Positions 1-9,709 of a stretch of DNA of 64,000 nucleotides are shown piece by piece. The stretch comes from an uncultured delta proteobacterium (GTDB lineage: Bacteria > Desulfobacterota > Binatia > Binatales > Binataceae): positions 1,024,001 to 1,088,000 of the forward strand of contig CAVQEQ010000003.1 in NCBI GenBank assembly GCA_963711565.1, read 5' to 3'. Within the stretch, counting starts at the first letter, position 1. Each line of letters begins with the position of its first letter. The notes beneath the pieces were generated by a model. It was given only the letters and a program-made list of their open reading frames with translations. It was not told the DNA's origin and made no database searches. The position numbers and the translations under genes were made by a program.

Positions 1-682
1 GATTGATAATCTTTCGTATTTCGCTTTTATCAATGCTCGCAACCGTCCGAGTCTGGCGTGCCTTAACACTGGCATGGTCGGAGACTTCGCCGACAACACC
101 CGCGTTTTCTATCCTATTGATGTTGTATACGACCGACGGACTGTGCGCTGCCGCTTTTTCCTTCTCGGAGAATGAGAGCCCTTTCCCTGTAATCCCGGCT
201 TTTTCGAGCTTGAGACTCCACTCCAAAATGATGTTGCGGGCCGATTCAAGTATTCCCGCGAACCTCGCTCGATCGATATCGACTCGGACGTTCGTTTCCT
301 CTTCCATAAGACCGCCATACGAAATCAACATCGATCCGAGCGAAATACACAGTTCCCCGTCCGTTCTCTGGACGAGGTCTGCCAATTCTCCAATCGATTC
401 TCTGACCCGATGTACAGAAACTGCCTCACGCTGTTCGGGGTCCTTCCAAACCACTGATACCCAACCTCGGGCCGGATTGAACGCACAGACCTCTCCTCTC
501 AAAATTCTGTAATCTGGTACGTCTTGTCCGGGCTTGTATCCGTTCAGCTCGGCGTCCGTCCACGTAAGAAATTCGAGCAGATCCAGCTTGGATGCGACAA
601 CTTTTGCCTTGCGCAGCAGGTCCGACACCATTACGGAGCGATCCAACGCTTCAGCCTGCATCTGTTCCACTAAAGACTGCAC
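1..682 (-). CDS. AbiTii-domain protein (possible abortive-infection/defence protein), 3' end truncated by window edge
   Basis: Hand-translated from GTG at 682; absent from the ORF track, and the stretch near the edge has no stop. MQSLVEQMQAEALDRSVMVSDLLRKAKVVASKLDLLEFLTWTDAELNGY...VPDYRILRGEVCAFNPARGW resembles the AbiTii N-terminal signature as recalled (LLRKA..vAskL...W...ELNGY...P.YR...G...fNP..GW). Confidence 0.75.
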   Translation of the reverse strand, partial: MQSLVEQMQAEALDRSVMVSDLLRKAKVVASKLDLLEFLTWTDAELNGYKPGQDVPDYRILRGEVCAFNPARGWVSVVWKDPEQREAVSVHRVRESIGELADLVQRTDGELCISLGSMLISYGGLMEEETNVRVDIDRARFAGILESARNIILEWSLKLEKAGITGKGLSFSEKEKAAAHSPSVVYNINRIENAGVVGEVSDHASVKARQTRTVASIDKSEIRKIIN

Positions 683-906
683 GAGTTACCCGTAGAGCGT
701 CGCGCGATTCCGTCAGATCGTACCGCATTCAGCTCCGCACAACTATAACTGGTTCTGCCGCCCCGCGATGAGGACCGCGACCATGCTAATCAGACGCAAG
801 AATGTCTTTGCGACGATATACCTTACTTCCTGAAATCGACTGGCTACGCGCGGGCGGAGCGGACGGTGTTCTAGGCGTGGACTGACCTTCATCCTCTCCC
901 TTGCAG

Positions 907-1058
907 GAGACCTTTGCATAACTTCGGCGGACACGCCCAGGCAGAAACCAGAATCTTGAATCGCGCGCAAAAGAGTGCGCTGAATAAGGACCCTCACCTT
1001 CGATCCTCTCCCATCCTGGGAGAGGGGAAGATGCGCGGCCCAGTTATGCAAAGGTCTC
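907..1058. mobile_element. 152-bp MITE with perfect 17-bp terminal inverted repeats
   Basis: GAGACCTTTGCATAACT (907-923) and AGTTATGCAAAGGTCTC (1042-1058) are exact reverse complements. Flanks are CTTGCAG (900-906) and CTTACAG (1059-1065). No ORF inside. Confidence 0.85.
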
Positions 1059-1080
1059 CTTACAGGGAGAGGAAACAGAA

Positions 1081-1710
1081 TTAGTCCTGGATTAGTTCTG
1101 TGTTCCAGTAGGCGCTGTCAACCTGCGACAGGTACGGCATCCATTCGCGGTAGCGGCGCAGGCTGAACATCTCGGATGAGAACGGGGTCCATTCGGGGCG
1201 GCGCGGGCGGCGGAACAGATGCATCCCGGCTTCGTCGGGCGTGCGGCCGCCCTTGCGGCGATTGCAGTGATGGCACGAGCAGACGATGTTCTCCCACGTC
1301 AACATGCCGCCGCGCGAGCGCGGGATTACGTGGTCGAGGTTGAGCTCGGTGCGCGGCAATTTCTTGTGGCAGTACTGGCAGGTATTGCCGTCGCGGGCGA
1401 AGATGTTGAAACGCGAGAAGCGCACGTGGCGCTTGGGCACGCGCTCGTAGGCCGTCAGCAAGAGGACGCGCGGGACGCGGATGAAGCCGTTTACGACCCC
1501 CAGCCGCTCGTGCTGCACCTCGATCGATAGATCGCGCCAACTGTCGAAGTCGAAGGTGTGATACTGCTCGTCCACCGCTTTGGCAACGCCCTGATAAAGC
1601 AGCGCAAACGCGCGTTTGACCGACGTAACGTGAACGGGCAGGTACGAGCGATTGAGAACGAGAACCTTGCTGTTCAGCAGGCCCGCTCCCGGAAGACTGG
1701 GCGCAACCAT
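1081..1710 (-). CDS. HNH endonuclease (McrA/HNH_5 type)
   Basis: VLVLNRSY N-terminus; FSRFNIFARDGNTCQYC...LDHVIPRSRGG..TWENIVCSCHHCNRRKG. ATG 1710 preferred over 1764. Confidence 0.9.
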   Translation of the reverse strand: MVAPSLPGAGLLNSKVLVLNRSYLPVHVTSVKRAFALLYQGVAKAVDEQYHTFDFDSWRDLSIEVQHERLGVVNGFIRVPRVLLLTAYERVPKRHVRFSRFNIFARDGNTCQYCHKKLPRTELNLDHVIPRSRGGMLTWENIVCSCHHCNRRKGGRTPDEAGMHLFRRPRRPEWTPFSSEMFSLRRYREWMPYLSQVDSAYWNTELIQD

Positions 1711-1812
1711 GTCGGCCGCAGCAGACACCCCATGACGAGTATCGGCCCCATGATGGCAAGTCAAGATAGCTGAGGATTAAAAGCCCGTTATCGACAGGCT
1801 AACCGAGCTTGC

Positions 1813-1841
1813 TTGCGGAGGTCGGGCGTGCCTCGTATGAT
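1813..1841 (+). promoter_or_regulatory. Putative sigma70 promoter of rng
   Basis: TTGCGG-N17-TATGAT about 150 bp upstream of the GTG start. Confidence 0.5.
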
Positions 1842-1990
1842 CCTGCACAAGTTGTTAACGCCAAGGGTAAAACGATGTCCCATCGCACGCGCGCGGTTTT
1901 TCCAATCGCTCGCGACGCACGCCGGCGACTCCCGGCGCATCGTCTTTGTAGTCGCAATCATGTCGGATTTGCCGCAATGAGAGTCGATCT

Positions 1991-3646
1991 GTGAAACGAG
2001 AAATTGCAATTAACGCGTCCACCCTCGAGGTGCGAGTCGCGCTGCTGGAAGATAACGAGCTGGCGGAATTCTACCTCGAGCGCAATCGCCAGGTGGGGCT
2101 GGCCGGTAACATCTATAAGGGCAAGGTCACGCGCGTGCTGCCCGGGATGCAGGCGGCGTTCGTCGATATCGGGCTGGAGAAGGCGGGCTTCCTGCACGTC
2201 TCGGATTTTCATGACGGCGTCTCGGCGCTCAACACGGTCGCGGAAGTGCTCGGCGAGGAAGATGTCGAGACCGAGCCGATCGGCGACAACGAGTTCGGAG
2301 ATCCGGAGGCAAGCATCGGCGAGGAAGCTGCTGCCGAGGGCAACGGCGATGGCGGCGAGGCGCGTCCGTCGCGCGGGCGGCGTCGGGGAGGACGAGGCCG
2401 GGGTCGCAGCCAGGCGCCGAATCGCTCGCGGCTGCCTATAGAGCAGCAACTGCGGCGCGGCCAGGACATTATCGTTCAGATCGCCAAGGAGCCGATGGGC
2501 ACCAAGGGCGCGCGGCTGACGTCGTCGATCTCGCTGCCGGGGCGCCATCTGGTCTTCACGCCGACCAGCAATCACATCGGGGTGTCGCGGCGAATCGCGA
2601 GCGCCGAAGAACGCGCGCGGCTGCGGCGAGACGTTGGAGAACTGCGGCCGGCGCAGGGCGGGTTTATCGTGCGGACCGCGTGTGAGGGCGTCATCCGCCG
2701 CGAGATCCAGCGCAACGTCGCGTTCCTGACCAAGCTGTGGAGCTCGATCCTGCGCAAGAACGAGAGCATGCCGCCCGCGTCGATCCTGTACAGCGACCTC
2801 GACGTGGCGCTGCGAATCGTGCGCGATCTTTTTTCCAGCGAAGTGGACCGGCTATGGTGCGACGATCCGACGACCTACAGCCGGGTGGTGCAGTTCGTGC
2901 AGAATTACATGCCGCGGCTGCGCGCGCGCGTGTCGCTGCATGACGGGCCGCAGCCGCTGTTCGATCGTTTCAACATCGAGCCGCAAATCGAGCGCGCGCT
3001 CGATCGCAAGGTATGGCTCAAGTCGGGCGGCTACCTGATTTTCGATCAGGCTGAAGCTCTCACCGCGATCGACGTAAACACAGGGCGCTTCGTCGGCAAG
3101 CGCAGCCAGGACGACACTATCTTCAAGACCAACCTCGAAGCGGTCGAGGAAGTCGTGAAGCATCTGCGGCTGCGCAATATCGGCGGCATCATCATCGTCG
3201 ATTTTATCGACATGGCGCGCGAGGGCGATCGCAAGAAAGTCAGCGATGCGCTGGCGACGGCACTCAAGCGCGACAAGGCGCGGACTTCGGCGCTCAAGAT
3301 TTCCGAGCTGGGCCTGGTGCAGATGACGCGCAAGCGTACGCGCGAGAGCCTGGAGAAGCTGCTGACCGACACGTGTCCGCGATGCGAAGGTCGGCGCGTG
3401 GTGAAATCAGTGCCGACACTGGCCGCCGAGGTGTTGCGCGGGATTCAGCGCGAGGCGGTATCCAAGGCAGCGGGCGACATGTTGATCGTCAAGCTGAATC
3501 CCGAAGTCGCGCGCTACCTCTACGATCACGGTGCGAAAGATCTCGAGACGCTCGAGCATCGGCTGTCGACGAAGATAGTGCTGCGATCGAACGACGGCCT
3601 CGAGCTCGGCGCATTCGAACTCGCGCGCGCCCCGGCCGCCGCGTAG
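1991..3646 (+). CDS. rng: Ribonuclease E/G family endoribonuclease
   Basis: GNIYKGKVTRVLPGMQAAFVDIG (S1), KEPMGTKGARL, IDVNTG, LRNIGGIIIVDFIDM, C-terminal CPRC zinc link. Confidence 0.93.
   Translation: MKREIAINASTLEVRVALLEDNELAEFYLERNRQVGLAGNIYKGKVTRVLPGMQAAFVDIGLEKAGFLHVSDFHDGVSALNTVAEVLGEEDVETEPIGDNEFGDPEASIGEEAAAEGNGDGGEARPSRGRRRGGRGRGRSQAPNRSRLPIEQQLRRGQDIIVQIAKEPMGTKGARLTSSISLPGRHLVFTPTSNHIGVSRRIASAEERARLRRDVGELRPAQGGFIVRTACEGVIRREIQRNVAFLTKLWSSILRKNESMPPASILYSDLDVALRIVRDLFSSEVDRLWCDDPTTYSRVVQFVQNYMPRLRARVSLHDGPQPLFDRFNIEPQIERALDRKVWLKSGGYLIFDQAEALTAIDVNTGRFVGKRSQDDTIFKTNLEAVEEVVKHLRLRNIGGIIIVDFIDMAREGDRKKVSDALATALKRDKARTSALKISELGLVQMTRKRTRESLEKLLTDTCPRCEGRRVVKSVPTLAAEVLRGIQREAVSKAAGDMLIVKLNPEVARYLYDHGAKDLETLEHRLSTKIVLRSNDGLELGAFELARAPAAA
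3552..3646 (+). repeat. Left copy of 95-bp direct repeat (current 3' end of rng)
   Basis: 83/95 identical to 8705-8799 by manual alignment. Confidence 0.9.
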
Positions 3647-3685
3647 CGGCTCACATCACCGTTGAGCCTCGAGCGTCTTAGTTTG

Positions 3686-5281
3686 ATGAGCGCAATAGTG
3701 AATATCAGACCGAACTACAATCTGGCGTTGCCTTTTCACGAAAACTCTGCTGCAAACCCACAAGCGTTGGCCTTGTTTGTGGGGGAGAAGCGGTTTTCTT
3801 ACGGAGAGCTGGGAAATCTAGCCCGTCGTATCTCGGGTTGGCTTGGCCTGAAAACCGGCGAGGTTTCGGGCAAGGTTGGAATCCTCGCATCTCGCACTAT
3901 AGAAGCGTATGCGGGAGTGCTGGGAACGCTGTGGTCCGGCGCAGCGTACGTCCCCATCAACCCTAACACCCCCGAGGACCGCCTGATTCGCATTCTTCAG
4001 CAGACGAAGCTGGATGCACTGATCGCCGATCAAGCCGGCCTGGACCTGCTTTCGGATCGTGTGCTCGAAATAGCGCCAAGCAGGATTCTCTTCGGAGCCA
4101 GTGCCAAGCCGTCGCAAAGTGCCTTGAGATTCCAGGGGATCGGCTTTGACAGCTTCTCAGATTTAGCTGACGAGGGACCCGATCAGCCAGTCACCGTGGC
4201 AGGAGATGCGCTGGTCTACATTATCTTCACCTCAGGCACCACGGGCACGCCAAAAGGCGTAATGATCGAAGCGGAGAGCGTCGCCCAATTTATCGAGATC
4301 ATGCACCGTCGCTTTAGATTTGGCGCTGACAACCGGGTGGCGGAAGCATCCGAACTCACCTTCGATGCTTCCGTCTTCGATATGTTCATGGCGTGGAGTG
4401 CGGGTGCTGCGTTGTATGTAGTGCCGGCCGCTCAGCTTATGGCGCCGGCGAAGTTCATCCGCGACCACGAGCTGACTATCTGGTTTTCCGTACCCTCGAC
4501 TGCATCTTTTATGGGACGAATGAAAATGCTGAAGCCCGGCGCATTTCCTTCGTTGCGCTGTTCGATCTTTGCAGGCGAGGCGCTGTCAGTGGCTACCGCT
4601 CAGGCGTGGCAGATCGCCGCCCCCAATAGCATCGTGGAAAATTTTTACGGACCGACCGAGGTGACAGTTGACTGCATTGCGCAGCGCCTTGAAGATCCGC
4701 CTTATGTCACGAGGAACCGCGGTACATTGGCGATTGGAACCCCCTTCCCGGGCATTCGGGCCGGCATTGTCGATGCAAATCTCAATTTTTTACCGCCGGA
4801 CAAGGAAGGAGAACTGGTCGTCTCGGGCCGACAAGTGGCGCGCGGATACTTCCAGGATCCCGAACTCACTGCGGCCCGTTTTCCCACACTGGAGGGAACC
4901 CGATGGTATCGCACGGGAGACCTGGCTTTCGAGGATTCCTCCGGGACGTTTCACCACCTCGGCCGAATCGACAATCAGGTCAAGATACTCGGCAACCGGG
5001 TTGAGCTTGAGGAAGTCGAAGCGCATTTGCGCGAAATTCTAGGAATAGACATGGTAACCGCCGTGGCATGGCCTCTCACCGACGGCCGCGCTGCCGGGAT
5101 CGTTGCTTTTCACTGCGCGCAGGGAGTTACTCGTGACGAGATCCGCGAGGAAATGAAAAAACGCGTGCCCGACTATATGGTTCCACAACGGGTACACGAA
5201 CTGGACTCACTACCGTTGGGATCAAGCGGGAAAATTGATCGAAAAGCACTGGTCCGAATGCTGGATGAAGCTAAGCTCTGA
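3686..5281 (+). CDS. Stand-alone amino acid adenylation enzyme (DltA-like)
   Basis: YIIFTSGTTGTPKG (A3), FDASV (A4), NFYGPTE (A5), YRTGD (A7), GRIDNQVKILGNRVEL (A8), SGKIDRK (A10). No carrier or condensation domain. Start could be TTG 3662. Confidence 0.9.
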   Translation: MSAIVNIRPNYNLALPFHENSAANPQALALFVGEKRFSYGELGNLARRISGWLGLKTGEVSGKVGILASRTIEAYAGVLGTLWSGAAYVPINPNTPEDRLIRILQQTKLDALIADQAGLDLLSDRVLEIAPSRILFGASAKPSQSALRFQGIGFDSFSDLADEGPDQPVTVAGDALVYIIFTSGTTGTPKGVMIEAESVAQFIEIMHRRFRFGADNRVAEASELTFDASVFDMFMAWSAGAALYVVPAAQLMAPAKFIRDHELTIWFSVPSTASFMGRMKMLKPGAFPSLRCSIFAGEALSVATAQAWQIAAPNSIVENFYGPTEVTVDCIAQRLEDPPYVTRNRGTLAIGTPFPGIRAGIVDANLNFLPPDKEGELVVSGRQVARGYFQDPELTAARFPTLEGTRWYRTGDLAFEDSSGTFHHLGRIDNQVKILGNRVELEEVEAHLREILGIDMVTAVAWPLTDGRAAGIVAFHCAQGVTRDEIREEMKKRVPDYMVPQRVHELDSLPLGSSGKIDRKALVRMLDEAKL

Positions 5282-5322
5282 GCCAGACTGCAGGACCGTC
5301 ACCTGTCACCAGGTCCTGGATG

Positions 5323-6904
5323 TTATGCCCGTCTGAATCTCAGCAATTCCTGGCTGGCAACTGCCCCATCCGCTGCTCTTGGAAGCATATCTACCAGCAC
5401 AATTTCGGCTGGCGCCAATTCTTCCGGCAGGTTTTGGCTGCAATGCGCAACGAGTTGATTGATCAACTCGTTGCGAAGCTTACCTTGTCCAGGCGCATTT
5501 GCTAACCGCGCCAACTTGGAAGCGTTTGTCTCTGGCCAGCCGATCGCCGGTAAAGTTATCCCTTGCAATGATCGTTTAGGTACAAAAAACGCATCATAAC
5601 TTCCGTCAGGCCAGGCCTGCCGCCCAACTGAGGAAGACTGCAAATCCCAAGCCCTCCGTCTCCAAGTCGAGAAGAGCCTGAGGATGAATTCCTTCCGCCA
5701 GATTTTGTTCGAGCCCGTGCCGCAACTCCCCGGCCGTATACCCGGCATCCGCGACTCTTAGAATCGCCAGGGCTGCGAGATCCTTCTCGATGCGTGCATT
5801 TCGGATACACTTGATGCCGATACGCTCGTTTGGATGCTGCCGCAACATCGAACGAACGTCGTCCAATGTCCACTTGCGCTCAGTCCAGTCTAGAAATTCA
5901 TCATCGAACGAAGCTCCGGTTTCGTGACCCACGTGAAGAATCGCTTCATATCGGTATCGGGTCATTTCGTTGTCCGCACGGCCACGCAGAGGTCGGATAT
6001 CCACCCTCGATATCCTGGGAAATTGATGCTGCAAGGAGAGAAAATATGCTGGAGAGATGACCAGTTCCGGTTCTCTCTCAATACGCCGCCGAATCCGCTC
6101 ACGCAGTTCTCCAGCATTCATCCCATCTACGGCTTGAAACAATTCCACTGACGACGCAAAAGCCTCCAACAGCTGCAGGCTTCGGACATCGCCAACATAA
6201 ACATACCCGCCGGGCCTTACGATGTTGACCGCTTTTTCGAGAACCTTCGTCAAATAGGCAATATTGGGGAAAAACTGCACGACGGAGCTGAGCACCAACG
6301 TATCGAACAGATCTTCATCGAGGCCATCTAAGTGGTCCGCCCTCCTCTCTATCACTTCGACTCGCGCTGCCACCGCTGGAACTGTCTGCAATTGTTCTCT
6401 GAGCCTATCCAGCACTGCCGGCGAAAAATCCACTGCAACATACCGGTCGCAGCGTGGCGCTATCTGCATGACTAACATGCCGGTTCCACAACCTATTTCG
6501 CATACAGTCTTTGGCCTAAGCTGAAGAATATCGCTTACTGTATTTTCAACCCACTCCCGCATCTCACTCGCGGGAATTGTTCCTCGTGTGTAGCTACTAT
6601 TCCAGCCTGTTGTATTGAATCCGACAGATGCAGAGGCCGCATCCTTAGTAAGTTGGCTCAAATCGAATACCTTTCGCCATTTGCCGAGAACGGTGGACCC
6701 GGTATTCGCACGGCCCAAGACATCATCGACGAACGCATCGTCCGGCACGACAAACGCTACAAGGTCGTCATGGTCATAAACTACAGCGGCCTCTCGCACA
6801 CCCAGGTGCGTGTGCAGTACGTTTTCGATCATAGCTTGCTGGTTGGCACGTTGTGCCTCTTTGTTTGTCCCGCCATCCCCGGCCTTGTCAGTCAGCGTGA
6901 CCAT
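5323..6904 (-). pseudogene. NRPS-type SAM methyltransferase embedded in an isolated adenylation small subdomain; one +1 frameshift near 5612 (possibly a sequencing error)
   Basis: Frame 5606-7042 has IENVLHTHLGVREAAVV, FNTTGWNSSYT, VCEIGCGTGML, VDFS, GDVRSL and YRYEAIL. Frame 5323-5748 continues with PDGSYDAFF...LPEELAPAEIVLVDMLPR. ATG 6904 has AAGGA upstream. Confidence 0.75.
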
Positions 6905-6923
6905 CCGATCATCCTTGTCAGCC

Positions 6924-7175
6924 TCAATCGCCGCTGCGGGCAGTCCGTGTAAGAGCGTAAATCGCATCGATGCTGTCGATTTGGTCTCTATCAAAACCGA
7001 TCTGCGTAAAATCGATTCCGAAATTCTCTTCCAGGAACACAACGATTTCCACCGCGTCTATCGACTGCAAACGTCCGCTATTCAATAGGGAATCGTCATC
7101 CGCCAGCGGCCCATCATCACCGCTGCCAGTCAACAGACCCAGCACAAACTCGCGTATTTCTGCCTTTCCTTTCAT
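6924..7175 (-). CDS. Acyl/aminoacyl carrier protein (DltC-like)
   Basis: 83 aa, acidic; DDSLLNSGRLQSIDAVEIVVFLEENFGI with the phosphopantetheine Ser in a QS variant of the DS motif. Confidence 0.85.
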   Translation of the reverse strand: MKGKAEIREFVLGLLTGSGDDGPLADDDSLLNSGRLQSIDAVEIVVFLEENFGIDFTQIGFDRDQIDSIDAIYALTRTARSGD

Positions 7176-7182
7176 AGGACCC

Positions 7183-8572
7183 CTAAAAATGAATGAAGAA
7201 CAAACCCGCCAGGTACTTCAAGTGTTCCACAAGTGGATACATTCGCTCATCGGCTTCAAATACATTCAACATACAGTAAAAAAAGCCAACGCCAAACACG
7301 GGCAGGATACGCCTGCGAAAAAAGCCGGTGGGCTTGGGTCCGCGGTTTCGCAGTTGAGAAATGCATAGTCCAGTCGCAAGAATGGCGTTGTAAAAGAACA
7401 ATACCTGGTAATTCGCGATTGCTCTCCACAGTCCATAATCGCGAACAATCTGCCAATCCCGCATGAGGTGGTACAGCGAGTTGCCGAAGAATGCGGCGGC
7501 GAAGGTCGCAAAGATCATGCGTAGTCGTTTATGCCCTTTCCAGTAGCGGAAAAACGTCGGATAAAAGAAGAAATCGACCAGCAATTCTTTGAAATAGTAG
7601 TAAAACCGGTTGAAGAATTCAGTGATGGTTGTGGAAGACAGCGGCCGATAAGTATTCCGCAGAGCGTTGAATCCAGCCATGCGGCAAGCGGCGATGAATC
7701 TGTGCCCAAAAATGGTGAAGGTGAGAATGATCTCGAAAAACGCGAGTATCTGACTTTCCCAGCACAGATGCCAGGCAAATGGCGTTCCTTGCACACTCAT
7801 GGTCAATGCTTGATCAGAACGTCGGAATCTGCAAGTACCCGTGAAAGAAACCCATCCAGGAGACCTGAAACGCCGCCAGCATGATCGCCCACGCAAGCAG
7901 CTTCAGACCTTTCAATTGCACAACTGCTAGTTGTTCTGAATTCTGTGCTTCTATGCGTCGAAGATATGCGGCGCCCTTGGGAAACGGTGTGTTCGTGGAT
8001 CCCCAGATAGGGCGATAGGTTGCCAACTCCAGCGTCAGATCGCGAGCGGGCTTCGAACTTCGGTCGATCACTGAATACCCGATGAACCAGAAATAACTTG
8101 CAATCAGGCCGACCAGGTCCCATAGAATCGAGTATGGCAATGAACGCGGCGTGGCGGCGCATGCAAAGAGCATCAGCACGGTGAACCCGATAAGAAGAAC
8201 TGCGACCGGCCTTTGCCCAAACCACGACTTGGGCCGCCGCGTGGCGCACCAGTACAGGAAAATCCCCAATGCTATGACCATTAGATTCAAGCCCAAGAGG
8301 AGTGGCTCCCGGTAGGTTGGCAGCACGGCTAAAATGGGGACAATCGCCAAAATGAATCGGCGGCGCTCGGGCATAAAAGTCATGAGCGCGAGTAGTAATG
8401 TAAAAGACATCGCAGAGAGCAGATTGGGAGAAAAATACCGAAAGCCCAAACCGAACGCAGCCAGGATCGTAATTCTGCCTAACGTGGTCTGCGCAAAGGA
8501 AACTACCCTGGGGAAGGTCTCTATACGTGGAATAAGGCGGAAATCAGAAATGACGGTTCGTTCCACTCCCAA
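7183..8572 (-). pseudogene. MBOAT-family membrane acyltransferase (DltB/AlgI-like); one +1 frameshift at ~7818 (likely a sequencing error)
   Basis: Two overlapping hydrophobic ORFs join as ...LQIPT|SDQALTMS.... Motifs GFNALRNTYRPLSSTTITEFFNRFYYYFKELLVDFFFYP and GNSLYH (candidate catalytic His). Confidence 0.75.
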
Positions 8573-8704
8573 AAAATCGAGCGTTTAGTTGTCTCGTTCC
8601 CCGACCAAGGATCAACCTGCGCGTACTAGTGTAATTCTGCCTTCAATGCAGTAGCAAAATTCGCTCATGCAAACCACATCCGCCCGTAGTCGCGTCCCTG
8701 CAAT

Positions 8705-8799
8705 TCGAGCATCGGCTGTCAACCAAGATCGTGGTTCGATCGAACGACGGCATCGAGCTCGGCGCGTTCGAAATCGCCCGCGCGCCGGCCGCTGCCTAG
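8705..8799 (+). repeat. Right copy of 95-bp direct repeat (displaced rng 3' end)
   Basis: Translates EHRLSTKIVVRSNDGIELGAFEIARAPAAA*, versus EHRLSTKIVLRSNDGLELGAFELARAPAAA* in rng. Confidence 0.9.
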
Positions 8800-8847
8800 C
8801 CGATAGAGCACGCTGCGCAATCGCTGCTCACGCGCGAGAGGCCAGAA

Positions 8848-9642
8848 TCATGACGGCTTGGGTGACCAGGGCACCGGCTTCTTGTCGAAGAAGGACTCGA
8901 GGCCTGAGCGGGTTTCGTCGGTGATGTGCGGCGCGGCGGTGTACTCGGTCATGCTCATCGCTATTGCCTGACCGGAGAATTTGCACATAAGCGACTTGGT
9001 GGTGGCTTCCGCTTTCGGCGCGTTCATCGCGATCGCGTCCGCCCATGCAAGCGCGGTGTCCATCAGCTGGCTGGGAGGCACGACCGTGTTGACCAGTCCA
9101 AGAGCCATCGCGCGATCCGCGGTCACGAGTTCGCCGGTCAGCAGCAGATACCGCGCGACGCGCTCGCCCACCAATCGCATCAGGTGCAGGATTACCATGC
9201 CCGCCTGAATGCCCTGCTTCATTTCGGTGTAGCCGATCCGCGCGCTGTCGGCGGCGACGGCCAGGTCGCACGCGCTCAGAAAGCCGGCGCCGTTGCCGAC
9301 CGCGACTCCGTTGACGGCGGCGATCGAAGGTTTGCCGAGGCGATAGACCCGTTCGATCAACGCCTCGCCGCGGAGCGCGCCATCCCAGACCGATCCTGCT
9401 TCGTCGATGCGCAACTGGTCGAGCATCGAGCGCAGTTCGCCGAGGTCCATGCCGGCGGAGAATGCGGACCCTGCGCCCGTGAAGACAAGGGCACGAACGC
9501 CGCGATCGGCCTCGGCGCGCGCAATCGCGGCCATCAGGGCGTCGATCATCGCGGCGCTGAGCGCGTTGCGATGGTCGGGGTTATTGAGCGTGATTATCGC
9601 GGCCGGGTAGCGAGCTTCGTAGAGAACGATTTGATCAGCCAT
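8848..9642 (-). CDS. Enoyl-CoA hydratase/isomerase family protein
   Basis: ITLNNPDHRNAL, AFSAGMDL, IAAVNGVAVGNG, LLTGELVTADRAMALGLVN. RBS GGAG. Confidence 0.92.
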   Translation of the reverse strand: MADQIVLYEARYPAAIITLNNPDHRNALSAAMIDALMAAIARAEADRGVRALVFTGAGSAFSAGMDLGELRSMLDQLRIDEAGSVWDGALRGEALIERVYRLGKPSIAAVNGVAVGNGAGFLSACDLAVAADSARIGYTEMKQGIQAGMVILHLMRLVGERVARYLLLTGELVTADRAMALGLVNTVVPPSQLMDTALAWADAIAMNAPKAEATTKSLMCKFSGQAIAMSMTEYTAAPHITDETRSGLESFFDKKPVPWSPKPS

Positions 9643-9709
9643 GCTTCTCCCTTACGACTTCTGCTAGTACTATCCGATTGCTAACCAACTGCTAACGCGG
9701 AGCTTCGGA

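Noticed and set aside
3-512. 169-aa plus-strand ORF in the track
   Set aside because: Shadow of the minus-strand AbiTii-like gene, which has recognisable motifs.
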